Below, piece after piece: positions 1 to 11,874 of a stretch of DNA of 64,000 nucleotides (the first letter of the stretch is position 1; every line of letters begins with the position of its first letter). Source of the DNA: Nemertoderma westbladi (lineage: Eukaryota; Animalia; Xenacoelomorpha); contig JAUCBJ010009125.1 in NCBI GenBank assembly GCA_032718475.1, forward strand, positions 51,002-115,001, given 5' to 3'. The notes beneath the pieces are model-generated. The model was not told where the DNA came from and made no database searches. It was given only the letters and a program-made list of their open reading frames with translations. A program made the translations under genes and the position numbers.

Positions 1-456
1 AGATTATATTCCTATAAACCACCTGGCTTCGCATATTGAACGTGCGATTGGAAATAAGTTTGTGCTACCTTCCGTGGGTGGTAGATGTCGCGGTTATGTA
101 TTGGTGGGTGGGAAGGGTCGGGGGCGGGGGGGGGGGGGGGGTGGGGTGGGGTGGGGGTGCAGATTTAAAGGGCTGAACACGTACTGTCCCTCTTTTTTTG
201 ATTGATTGGCGGTGTGGTTAAATTTCTAAATTTTACTAATTTATAAAGTTAAATACTGATTTTGTGATACAGTCGCTCGATATTAATTTGTATCTCATAA
301 CTGGGCCTCGTGCTGCGCGAAGGCCCCACGAACGTGTATGCTAAGCTCGCTTACTTTCGTCGCTCGCCCCACACAAACTTCCACAATATGGGAGGTAATT
401 CATTTCCTTTTCTTTGTAACTAATATTGTATATAATTATTTTATAATTATAAAATA

Positions 457-684
457 CTAGCAGGCAATACCCGAGGCATGTTACCCGGTATTTCCCGCTA
501 CCGGCATAGGCCTACTGGCGTACTGGTACCGGTATAGGCCTACTGACGTACCGGTACCCAGTACCGGTACCGAACGTGAATTAAACTTTTCGAAAAGTGG
601 CCTATAACGACCGCTGGTTAATGTTATACACACATGCCAAGTTCCAGCGCAATCCCTCTGCCCGTTTTGGAGGAGTTCGAACAC

Positions 685-715
<31 letters not shown>

Positions 716-737
716 ATTTGATTTTTATAGGTATAGA
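457..737 (-). mobile_element. Short non-autonomous Helitron-like element
   Basis: Minus strand begins A|TCTATACCTATA and ends CTAG|T; internal (GA)n/GACA microsatellite. Confidence 0.6.
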
Positions 738-881
738 TTACCACTAGCCATATGTAGTATAATATTTGGTGTTGATACTTGGGGCAGAGTATAAAATACG
801 ATAATATTGTTAATATTACCACTAGCCATATGTAGTATAATATTTGGTGTTGATACTTGGGGCAGAGTATAAATACGATAA
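737..881. repeat. Two-copy direct repeat (~77 bp period)
   Basis: attaccactagccatatgtagtataatatttggtgttgatacttggggcagagtataaa at ~737 and ~815. Confidence 0.85.
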
Positions 882-941
882 CAATGTTTTCTGATTAAAA
901 TTGTTGATTAATGAATTTGGCTTTTCGGGGTTTAATTATAG

Positions 942-3900
942 TGGGCAGTATTAATTACTACTCCACCATACGTGTTCCTAACCAACAGATGTCGAGTGTG
1001 GCTACGTTTGGCCTTAATGAAGAAAACATTATCAAGTTTACTTCGAGTTCTTGTGGAAAATGTTAGCCTAACTAAGAGACTGTACAACGAATGGGCTGTG
1101 TTACTCCACGAAGAAGGTATGCACACATCATATTCTAATTATCACGTCCTTTTGTTAAATTAATTATGTCATATGCCTAGGCCACATCAATCTTCACAAG
1201 ATAGAAAGCTTAGCCAATTCCAATATATTATTTATTATCCAAATAATTCGGCCCAATATTGAAGAGCAATCTTCGGGCGATAAAGATGAATAATAACAAC
1301 TTAATTAAGTCATTGTGGAGCTGATTATGAACAAAAATGAAACTGTAAGCTGTGCTATTAACTCTTGGCGTAGTGGTGAAATCCGTTGCCATGGAATCAC
1401 ATCTCTCCGAATAACGTGGGTTCGATCCCCGCGTGATGGCATGGGCAGTTTTAGTTTCGGCACGAATACTGGTGGATGCGCCATGGTGACTAAATGGGTA
1501 CAGGAGTTACATATCGCTGGGGAGTATAGTTCTGGGGGGACCGCACTGGAAATAAGTCCTCAAACCTTGTGCGTATTACCTACCTGGCCTAACGGCCGAA
1601 TAATGTTTGCCTCCAAATATGTTTCTCAATAAGGTTGGAGTGAGAAAAAACGGTGACTCCCGCTAATTATCAATTAAAGGAAAGCTGTTATTAGCAACAC
1701 AGCTTGCTTACACAGCAAAACACAGCCAATTTTCAATTCGATTTCCGGTTTATTTTCGCGCGCACACGGGTTTCGACCATATCCTAGTGTTTAAACAATA
1801 AGAGCACCCCGCCGTTCGATCCAAGGTAGGAGAGCACCTTGTTACCCGTTATTCAGTGTAGGACACTTTGTTATCCGTTATTCAATGTAGAGCACCTTGT
1901 TACTCGTTATTCAGCGTAGGACACCTTGTAACCCGTCGTTTAGTGTAGGGCACCTTGTTACCAGTCATTCAATGTCGGGCACCTTGTTACCAGTCATTCA
2001 GTGTAGGGCACCTTGTTACCCGTTATTCAGTGTAGGGCACCTTGTTACCCGTTATTCAATGTAGGGCACCTTGTTACCAGTCATTCAGTGTATGGCACCT
2101 TGTTACCCGTTATTCAGCGTAGGACACCTTGTTACCTATTATTCAGTGTAGGGCACCTTGTTACCCGTTATTCAATGTAGAGCACCTTGTTACTCGTTAT
2201 TCAGTGTATGGCACCTTGTTACCCGTTATTCAGTGTAGGGCACCTTGTTACCCGTTATTCAGTGTAGGGCACCTTGTTACCTGTTATTCAATGTACGGCA
2301 CCTTGTTACCAGTCATTCAGTGTAGGGCACCTTGTTACCCGTTATTCAATGTAGAGCACCTTGTTACTCGTTATTCAGTGTATGGCACCTTGTTACCCGT
2401 TATTCAGTGTAGGACACCTTTTTACCCGTTATTCAGTGTATGACACCTTGTTACCCGTTATTCAGTGTAGGGCACCTTGTTACCCGTTATTCAATGTAGA
2501 GCACCTTGTTACTCGTTATTCAGTGTATGGCACCTTGTTACCCGTTATTCAGTGTAGGGCACCTTGTTACCCGTTATTCAGTGTAGGGCACCTTGTTACC
2601 TGTTATTCAATGTACGGCACCTTGTTACCAGTCATTCAGTGTAGGGCACCTTGTTACCCGTTATTCAGTGTAGGGCACCTTGTTACCTGTTATTCAATGT
2701 ACGGCACCTTGTTACCAGTCATTCAGTGTAGGGCACCTTGTTACCCGTTATTCAGTGTATGACACCTTGTTACCAGTCATTCAGTGTAGGGCACCTTGTT
2801 ACCTGTTATTCAATGTACGGCACCTTGTTACCAGTCATTCAGTGTAGGACACCTTGTTACCCGTTATTCAGTGTAGGGCACCTTGTTACCCGATATTCAG
2901 TGTAGGGCACCTTGTTACCTGTTATTCAATGTACGGCACCTTGTTACCAGTCATTCAGTGTAGGACACCTTGTTACCAGTCATTCAGTGTAGGGCACCTT
3001 GTTACCCGATATTCAGTGTAGGGCACCTTGTTACCCGTTATTCAGTGTAGGGCACCTTGTTACCTGTTATTCAATGTACGGCACCTTGTTACCAGTCATT
3101 CAGTGTAGGGCACCTTGTTACCCGTTATTCAGTGTATGACACCTTGTTACCAGTCATTCAGTGTAGGGCACCTTTTTACCTGTTATTCAATGTACGGCAC
3201 CTTGTTACCAGTCATTCAGTGCAGGGCACCTTGTTACCCGTTATTAAGTGTAGGGCACCTTGTAACCCGTCGTTCAGTGTAGGGAACCTTGTTACCCGTT
3301 ATTCAGTGTAGGGAACCTTGTTACCCGTTATTCAGTGTAGGGCACCTTGTTACCCGATATTCAGTGTAGGGCACCTTGTTACCCGTTATTCAGTGTATGA
3401 CACCTTGTTACCAGTCATTCAGTGTAGGGCACCTTTTTACCTGTTATTCAATGTACGGCACCTTGTTACCAGTCATTCAGTGCAGGGCACCTTGTTACCC
3501 GTTATTAAGTGTAGGGCACCTTGTAACCCGTCGTTCAGTGTAGGGAACCTTGTTACCCGTTATTCAGTGTAGGGAACCTTGTTACCCGTTATTCAGTGTA
3601 GGGAACCTTGTTACCCGTTATTCAGTGTAGGGCACCTTGTTACCCGATATTCAGTGTAGGGCACCTTGTTACCCGTTATTCAGTGTATGACACCTTGTTA
3701 CCCGTTATTCAGTGTAGGGCACCTTGTTACCCGTTATTCAGTGTATGACACCTTGTTACCCGTTATTCAGTGTAGGGCACCTTGTTACCCGTTATTCAGT
3801 GTATGACACCTTGTTACCCGTTATTCAGTGTAGGGCACCTTGTTACCCGTTATTCAGTGTAGGGCACCTTGTTACCCGTTATTCAGTGTATGACACCTTG

Positions 3901-6900
3901 TTACCCGTTATTCAGTGTAGGGCACCTTGTTACCCGTTATTCAGTGTAGGGCACCTTGTTACCCGTTATTCAGTGTAGGGCACCTTGTTACCCGTTATTC
4001 AGTGTAGGGCACCTTGTTACCCGATATTCAGTGTAGGGCACCTTGTTACCCGTTATTCAGTGTAGGGCACCTTGTTACCCGCTATTCAGTGTAGGGTACC
4101 TTGTTACCCGTTATTAAGTGTAGGGCACCTTGTTACCTGTTATTCAGGGTAGGGCACCTTGTTACCCGTTATTCGGTGTAGGGTACCTTGTTACCCGCTA
4201 TTCAGTGTAGGGCACCTTGTTGCCCGTTATTCAGTGTAGGGCACCTTGTTACCTGTTATTCAAGTGTTTCTAGCAGAACTTATTGTTAAGCCGCAACAAC
4301 GATGTTCTTATGAGAATAAACATACAACAAATAGAGCTTTTCCGATGTCCAAATAACTTATCAAATTACTTTCAACCTTCGCAGGTGAAATAATATCTGG
4401 TTTACTTGTCGGTCTTCACATAATCGACTGTGATCTCTGCCTTGACGACCCTTCTCTAGACGCACCTCCAGGCACTATAGACTTCGCCCTTTACCTTAAG
4501 GACGCAAACACGTTGCAGAAATCACTCCAGGTTAGTCACTTGTAACTCACATATCGAGTACATGTGGGGTGGGAGTTGTTGGTGGATGTGATAAAGTGCA
4601 CGTGCTTGGGGACTTCGCGCAGCACTAAGTCCAGATGAGCCTCTGCGTAGCAGTATAATCATTGAACCTTCCAAATTTCAGATGAATCTGGTGTCTTGTT
4701 TTATAATTATTATAGCTATTTCTAGGTTTCTTATCATTAGCACCGTCTAGTGGCCGACAGAGGTACTATCTATATAAATAAAGTCTGTCTGTGTATAGAA
4801 TTTCTCAACTTATTGACTACATATGTACCAAGTTTGTTTCCTTTTCATCAATGATTAGGGATTGGTAATGAATGTTGGGTGTTGGGAGGTCATTAGGACG
4901 TAAATCGCAGAAATACAATGAATTAACTTTGTAAGCATTAGAACTCCATGCTCCACAAATAACTTTAAGGTCAGCCATCCCAAACATGAATTTAAGAGGT
5001 GAAATTTGTTTTTGTCCAGTAGATATTAATGCGGAAGGATGCCATTAGGGTTCGAACCCGAAATAAAAATAACACGAGTTGGGCGGCACAGCGCTGGTTT
5101 GGGTACCATCGATGGACATTTTTCTACTGGACCAAAATCATAAATTATTTAACGAAAATTTTATATTGAACTTATATTTTGCGACCGTTTTTTCTAACAT
5201 GTATTACTGGTCCTGTTTTGATAAATGTATATTCTCTCTCACACGAATGTAAACAACTAAATCAATCAAACACACATTTTATTATCATATATCAAACTTG
5301 TAACGTTGCATTAGCAGCTAAAAATTACGGATTAATTGGTAATTGAAACTTTAATCTTGTCTTGTTTATTTGTTTAAGCAGGATGCGAGTATACGGTCGC
5401 AATCAGCCAACAATAACTCCAATCCAATGGAATGGGAAAATGAGTTGTTAGACCAGAACAATTACCTGCAGGAAGTCAACGAAAGGTTAAGAAAGAAATC
5501 CGTGGAACTTCAGCATAAACTCACGGCAATGGGGGAAGGGCACGCGGAAACCAAACGGTTACTGGCAGAGGCAAACAATGAGGTTATATCGTTACAAATC
5601 GATAACACAAGGTAAGTGATAGAGTGGGGAGGGGACATAATAATGTGAGGACAATGTGAGAACGATAAAATGAGGACATTAATGGGAGGGGACATTGTGG
5701 CAAGAGTGCTGCAATCATTAAGGTAGTGCGACACGAGTGGACAGCGTTTATTTGGTGTAACACGATAAAATTAATGTCGAGGCAGTGTGACACCGTTGCC
5801 CAGGTGGATAGAGAATCATCACTTACATCTTATTATAGTGAAATAATAAAAAGAAAAACTGGCTGTCATTTTCATTTAATGACCTACTAAAAAGTAAAAA
5901 GGACTATTTTATTCGATAAAAAAAAGTAAGCCGAAAACACCGCTTTTTTCACTCATTTTCAATTTAGCGAAATTCAACGATTCTATCCGAGTGGTTGAGT
6001 TTTACAAGAGTTGGCAGGTTTTTAGCACGAGCGAAGCGAAGTTCTGTTAAAATGCAAACGAGTGGAAATCTCAATACACGAGGGCAGAATAACTGAATTT
6101 TGCTAAAGAAAATGAGTGACAAGTGTTTTCCGTTACGTTTTTATATCAAATATATTGTTTTATTTGAAAAAAATATCACCAGCGTTACCATTATTTACGA
6201 CGATAATACTCTATTAATGCTGCCCACGCTTTCAGATAGATATCCTAAGATTTCTGAGTCAGTAGCTCCGAAAACATCGCGTCATCTTCGAGCACGTACG
6301 GATCGTCAATATTTAAGCCTACCACTAGGTCCGGTAATGCTAACCTACTGTGTACAAGTACCGGTACCGGTACTGTGTAAACGGAAGTTTGTTTGAGCTA
6401 GCTGTACAGTAAGCTAAAATCAGTTAAAAAATACTTTTTTTTAACTAATTTGCAGCAAAATTAGTTAAAAAAGAACTTTTTTCCAGAAAATTAGTGAAAA
6501 AATGTTAGATTAATTAACTCAATTTTAAAAATATTAGTGAGAATAAGAGCCTTTTTCAAATAAAAATCATATTCACTAAATTTTATAGGAAAATCTCAAC
6601 ACTTATTAATTAAAAATACATAAGGAACAGATACAGGTTACTGGGGCATGTTATTCTAACCAAAACAATAAACGAAAATAACATGTTACAATTTTATGGT
6701 TGTTAATAAAAAATACGTTTTTTTAGTGATAATAAAAATATTTTAGCGGAGATATAATTGAGTGAAAAAATTTATTGAAAATATTTAATTTAGTAGAAAA
6801 ACCAATTGTCTTAGTGACCAATATACAATTAAATCACAAAAATATATTGTACTAGTATATTTTACGTCTACATTAGATTACAGGATAAATGTACACAATT

Positions 6901-7954
6901 GGACAGCCTGTATTCACGAACTATTAAGGAAAATTTTTTCGATATGGAAATAGAGAAGGAAGCTTATCAGAGAAGCAAATCGGGGTTAGATGAGTTGTAC
7001 ATCAACTTGCGGAAACAACTAGACGAATCCAACAGCCAATGTGCCGAACTTAACAAGGAAATTAAACTACAGGTTAAATTATAGCCATAACAGAACCCTA
7101 GAAGCAGCTGCATCGAAATTCACAAAAGTTTTAAAAAACCCAACCCACCCCACACCAGGTCGAAAATCTATAATTGATCAAAAATAATTAATAGTCGATA
7201 ATAATCGATCGAATTTTTTTTTCATTTCCGATGAATTTTTCACTATATAAAATATCAAACTCACTTTTTTTAAATTTCTGAATAAATCTGCATAAAGTGT
7301 TATAATAACCTGCATATTATGTACTGTAATCACTCATACTCCATTCATTATTTAATGAAAAAAACCGCTCGCTTCAGCACAATGCGAAGTAAAGGGCCGC
7401 TTTACACAGTAAATTTTCGAAATATTAAGCATTTATTTACGTATTACAACAATGAACATTTTTCAAATAGTAACCAATAAATAATTTAACAGATTTGTAT
7501 TACAATTACATTGGTAATAATCGAAAATGATCGATAAATCGGTACTACACCAAATTTCAAGACACTTGGCCTCTTATTCTAGTTATTTCTCCATTTGTGA
7601 AATAGTAAAATAGGTAAAACTATTGAATTAATTTAAATTGGTGATTCTTTATTTACATAACGTTAAAGAAATTCTGTATTCAATAGACCAAATTATGTTT
7701 TGTAGAAAACATTAAGAAAGGAAATGGAATCAGCGATAAACACGATGGAAGATGAACTCAGAGAAAGAGGCGACACGGTAAAGAGTTTGAGACGACAGAT
7801 GGACGATCTGAAGGCCATTAACGTAGGCATGTACAACAAACTGCAGGAGAGTGAAAGAAGGCTGAAAGAGAAAAGCTACAAAGTGGACCAATTACAAAAC
7901 GCGAATAGAGCGGAATGGAAGACCTGCGACCGAACAAATCCCGGCGGTAGATGA
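942..7954 (+). CDS. RUFY-family (RUN domain + coiled coil) gene, 3' exons; 5' part outside window
   Basis: Exons ~942 or 989..1116 (acceptor ambiguous), 4385..4530, 5382..5611, 6877..7072, 7706..7954 join in phase (1,0,2,0) with GT-AG. Peptides RVWLRLALMKK, EEGEIISGLLVGLHIIDCDLCL..IDFALYLKD, LLDQNNYLQEVN, LRRQMDDLKAIN match RUFY1/2/3. Stop at 7952-7954 followed by AATAAA signals. Confidence 0.85.
1362..1650 (+). mobile_element. tRNA-derived SINE
   Basis: A box TGGCGTAGTGG, B box GGTTCGATCC, A-rich end; related head on minus strand at ~54920-55010. Confidence 0.7.
1832..4261. repeat. 29-bp minisatellite (~80+ copies) in RUFY intron
   Basis: Unit cagtgtagggcaccttgttacccgttatt; source of the repetitive ORFs at 2129-3978. 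Confidence 0.97.
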
Positions 7955-8734
7955 ATTAACTACCAACCCAATAAACCCATTGCTAATAAACTGCCATACA
8001 ATGTGCTCCAAGTCGATTTTATATAAAAACAGAAGCTTTTTAAGTGTTATATTCACAATCGCAATAACAATTAAATAATTTACGCAATAAATAATAAATA
8101 AATTTTATGGAAATGATAACTGTGTTTATTAAACCAAGTTAAATTAATAAATAAACTAACGTTTTAAATGTTTTTAAATTGCTAACATGGATTTTTTATC
8201 ATCAGTTTGTTGAAACTTTAATCCTTAAGGGGTACAAGTTAAAATATCATATAGGTACCGTTATTATTATTATTATTATTATTATTGAAAGTATTTATGA
8301 GGCACCGTATACCGGGCTATTTTTTGGCCTCCGGATATGTCTCTGGTTCCCGGGTGATGAAAACAGACATTTTACCCAGAGATCAGTGATTTTACAAATT
8401 AGAATTAGATATGTATCTTGTACAACATAAAATAGTTATAGAAAATAGTTCTCAGTTCATAATTACCTGTTTGTGCTATAATCAAATTGTAAGTACAAAA
8501 ATAATCGAAGTCTCTGATCTCCGGCTCTGGTCTCCGGTATTTTTCAAAATAATTCTCCGGGTAGGTCTCTGGTTCACCGGGATTAAGAAAATCAGGTCTC
8601 TGTTTCAACTCTAGTATACGCGGGGTTCTAGGCGCCTAGGCGCACAGTAAAATTTAAAGACATGTTGTAATTGTAAAAATAACTTAAAGAAAATGCTCAA
8701 TAAATAAAATTAAAGCGATGATAGTAGTTCTAAT

Positions 8735-8815
8735 TGTAGGTTTTGCTCTTAAATAAGTTTAGGGTTGGTGACGAACGAACATCCAGTGGAAGATTGTTCC
8801 AAATTAATGGCTACA
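8735..8815 (-). mobile_element. CR1/L2-type LINE 3' fragment
   Basis: Translates PLIWNNLPLDVRSSPTLNLFKSK, the typical WNxLP C-terminal motif. Confidence 0.6.
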
Positions 8816-8954
8816 GATTTTTCATAAGAATATTAAATTTATATCAAAACATTGACAAAAATTTATTATGACAAACAAACAAGCAGCTTTTTTGAATACA
8901 AAACTAAATAATGTGAACATTGTAAACAATTATTAATTAAGAACATTTTCTAAC

Positions 8955-11434
8955 CTGAATTATTTTGGACAGAATAAAAGCTCCTTTAGAGGAAATCCCA
9001 GAACATGTTAGATCCAACCAGCTGATACACATCGTGTTCTTTATACCCCATGATAAAACTGTAAAATAGATTTAATTTAGTTATCTAACATATTTATTTT
9101 ATACGGAATAAATAATAAATTAATTGTTGCGGCTGCGGGGTGACGGTGAATTAAATATAAATAGTGTAATAGGACAGCATGATAAAGCTCTCCATAGCGA
9201 AAAATAAAAAACAGACCCTATTGGGGTTCGAACCAGGTACCTAGGTTTCAAACTTCCGGTTATCATCAGCCGGGTGAGTGTGTCTATGACAACAGAGCTA
9301 CCAGGAAGGATGAAGAAGTTATTCGCCTAGTGGGCTGTACTTTCCTTTGAGTGGTTGTAAAAATGGAAAAAACCATAACGAATAAATTCTTCAGCCGTCC
9401 TGTTAGCGGTAGCTCAGTTGTCATAGACACACACACACACCAGGCTGAAGATAACCGGAAGTTTGAAACCTAGGTACCGGGTTCGAGCACCAATGAGGTC
9501 GGTTGATATTTTCCGCTATGAAGATCATATTCATATTGTTCTATAATACATCGAATATATAAATAATAGATACAATTAAGTAAATATTGCATATATATAC
9601 TCCTCGGTCTAGCGAGGAAAGAAAATAAACGTAGAAAGTTTGAGAATTAATAATCAGGGTTGCCATTCTAGTTCAGTTTTAATGACATTTCCCTGACTTT
9701 TTGAAAAAATTCCCTGACTGCCTGCTAGCAGGTTCACAGCATTTTTATAAAATATAGAGTATATTATTTTATTGACCGCTTTATTATATTCCAAACAAAG
9801 TTAAGCGATTCGAGTGCGCCTATATATTTAGTGATGTGAGGAAATCGAATGGCGAGCGAATCGATCACAGAACATTTTACAGGTTTTCGCTTGTTTATAA
9901 AACTTGTCCTGTACATTCACTGACGTTTACCTGATTTGTCCATTTTTTACAAGAATTCCCTGACAAAAAATGAAATTCGCTGACTATTCCAGGTATTCCA
10001 GGTGAGTGGCAACCCTGATAATAGAAAGATAATTGATCAGATGACGCGAAAACTGCAATAGTTTGTAAATATAATTGCTAGATTTTATTAAGAATGGTTG
10101 TAAATATATTAGGTGTATAATTAATGGAGATTCAAAATCTTCAAGTTTTTCTCTATCAAAACAAAGTTCAATATATTTAGTTAGCGATATATTCAATATA
10201 TTAAATGAAATGACTTGATGACTTACCCTCTAAGCCTTTGTCGCGGATGTCTGTAAATGCGAGTGACAATGTAGTTAGTGAGGTTGACTCCTTCAGACCT
10301 TGAGCTAAAATCTGGAAATAAATACGGTGAATTGGATAAACGGACCAGTTGATAAATGTAATAATTAATATTAATATAACCCAATAACCGATGCACTGAT
10401 TGGTGTGATTAGGAACTCAATATAAGGTACAAACAAACCTTCAAGTCTGTGTTTCTGAGAGACAATCCCTCGAGTTCTAGAACCTTTAAGGACGAATTAA
10501 TCAGCAAACAATCCCGGAGACTGGAGCAGAGATTCTCGGCAACTAATCGATCGCGAACGGAAGGACAACGGGGTTTCAGTTTAATCGATTTACTTCCTAT
10601 TAAAAATAATAATAAAGAGTCAGGAGTAATATAGTTCGGATGATACTAGGTGTGTGTGTACGGTAATCAGAATTCCGGCCGGAAGGGAATTACACCCCAA
10701 GTCTATCAACCTACATACATACATAGAACACATACATGGGGAAGGGGGGGGGGGGGGGGGGTGTTGGGATTGGTGACGGTTTTTCCCATTTAATCTACCT
10801 TTGGTTGTATCTCCTGGCTCGTAGTAACTACGCAACGCTATCACTCTCAATCCCCTGTTGACCTTCACGCAGTTGAGAAAAGGTGACCAGTCGTCCATTT
10901 TCAGTCGGTCTGAATTTAGATCGACCACACGTTCCTGTACAAATAGATAGTATGTAACTGGTAGCTATAAAAAAATTCTGGAATTAGGAAAGGTGCCGTT
11001 AAGTAAGTTTCACGTTTTCACGCACAATTTACGAAATTAACAAACATTCTACATATTATGGTCCTAAGATATGTCTACCCTGACTCTTCTTTCCTCTAAA
11101 AAAGCAAATAGTAAATTAAATTCTGAATTAGGTTCGGATTATCAAACTTATCAACGTAGCAGTTTGTTTTGCAGTCTGCAGATAATTTGCACATTATATG
11201 CTACATTGGTCTCCAGTACACCTGGCTGTTACACCTGGCTGGCTACGACCGGCTGTTACACTCTTAATGGGTTGACACTTTCGATCTAGGATCCGTCAGA
11301 CCTACCTGGACGTGAGCTTTGACAGCAGGTACGGGAACTGAGTCCTGGAGAAGACACAAGTTGTCATAGTGAGAAGCGAAGTCGTATGCCCCTCTCTGTC
11401 GCTCCGCTACTGACTGGATGAGGCTTGTACCCAT
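8955..11434 (-). CDS. CEP78: Centrosomal protein 78, first five coding exons (LRR region)
   Basis: Exons 11434-11306, 10934-10799, 10596-10439, 10311-10227, 9058-8955 in phase with GT-AG: MGTSLIQSVAERQRGAYDFASHYDNLCLLQDSVPVPAV.., DLNSDRLKMDDWSPFL, LKVLELEGLSLRNTDLKILAQGLKES.., matching the CEP78 N-terminus. No later exon found. Confidence 0.85.
9232..9275 (-). ncRNA. Minimal type I hammerhead ribozyme motif between tRNA-like A and B boxes
   Basis: acccgg CTGATGA taac-cggaa-gttt GAAAC ctag GTA cctggt; palindromic stem III ACCTAGGT; predicted cleavage after 9238. Stem II lacks the usual G-C closing pair. Confidence 0.7.
9439..9482 (+). ncRNA. Minimal type I hammerhead ribozyme motif between tRNA-like A and B boxes
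   Basis: accagg CTGAAGA taac-cggaa-gttt GAAAC ctag GTA ccgggt; A box TAGCTCAGTTG upstream, GGTTCGAGC overlapping the 3' strand, TTTT at 9509-9512. Confidence 0.7.
9655..10017. mobile_element. hAT-like MITE
   Basis: TIR CAGGGTTGCCA..TGGCAACCCTG; 5-bp flanking repeat ATAAT; internal ttccctgac repeats. Confidence 0.8.
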
Positions 11435-11874
11435 GATGTATGACCTCAGTATCTAGAACGGTCAGAGCAGCCCTAGTCAGAGGGTATGGTGCTGAGACAG
11501 TATGATTCAATGGGCTGTGCAAACTACCGGTAAGGGGAAGGCTAAACTTAAAGTAAATGATAGTACAGGTACGCGGTACCAGAATATAATATGTAAAGCA
11601 ACGTTTAGTGAAATCATGATACTGATAACATTTTGTAAAATATTTGGTAAAATTTTTCATAAAAACCATAAGTACCGGTACCCCTTGCAAAACAAAGGAG
11701 AATATTAGGAACAAAATAGGGCAGTCACCGTTCCTTGGGAGACACCATTGGAGACCACACGGGAAATACAGAAATACTTAGTACACCATTTATACGTATA
11801 CATTGTGAACGATTAGAGATCAGCCAATTGACATATTTGGGTCCGACGAATCTGTACAAAAAAATCAGAAAAAA

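Noticed and set aside
1832-4261. CRISPR-like array / repetitive ORFs
   Set aside because: Head-to-tail 29-bp units with no unique spacers, no cas genes, eukaryotic intron; ORFs are repeat translations.
8405-8608. KYRRPEPE as next CEP78 exon
   Set aside because: Only superficial likeness; lies in a tctctggt-repeat element fragment, no suitable splice sites or flanking similarity.
11485-11535. First exon of a + strand gene head-to-head with CEP78
   Set aside because: ATG and GTAAG present but no recognisable peptide or downstream exon; ACCGGTA is common background here.
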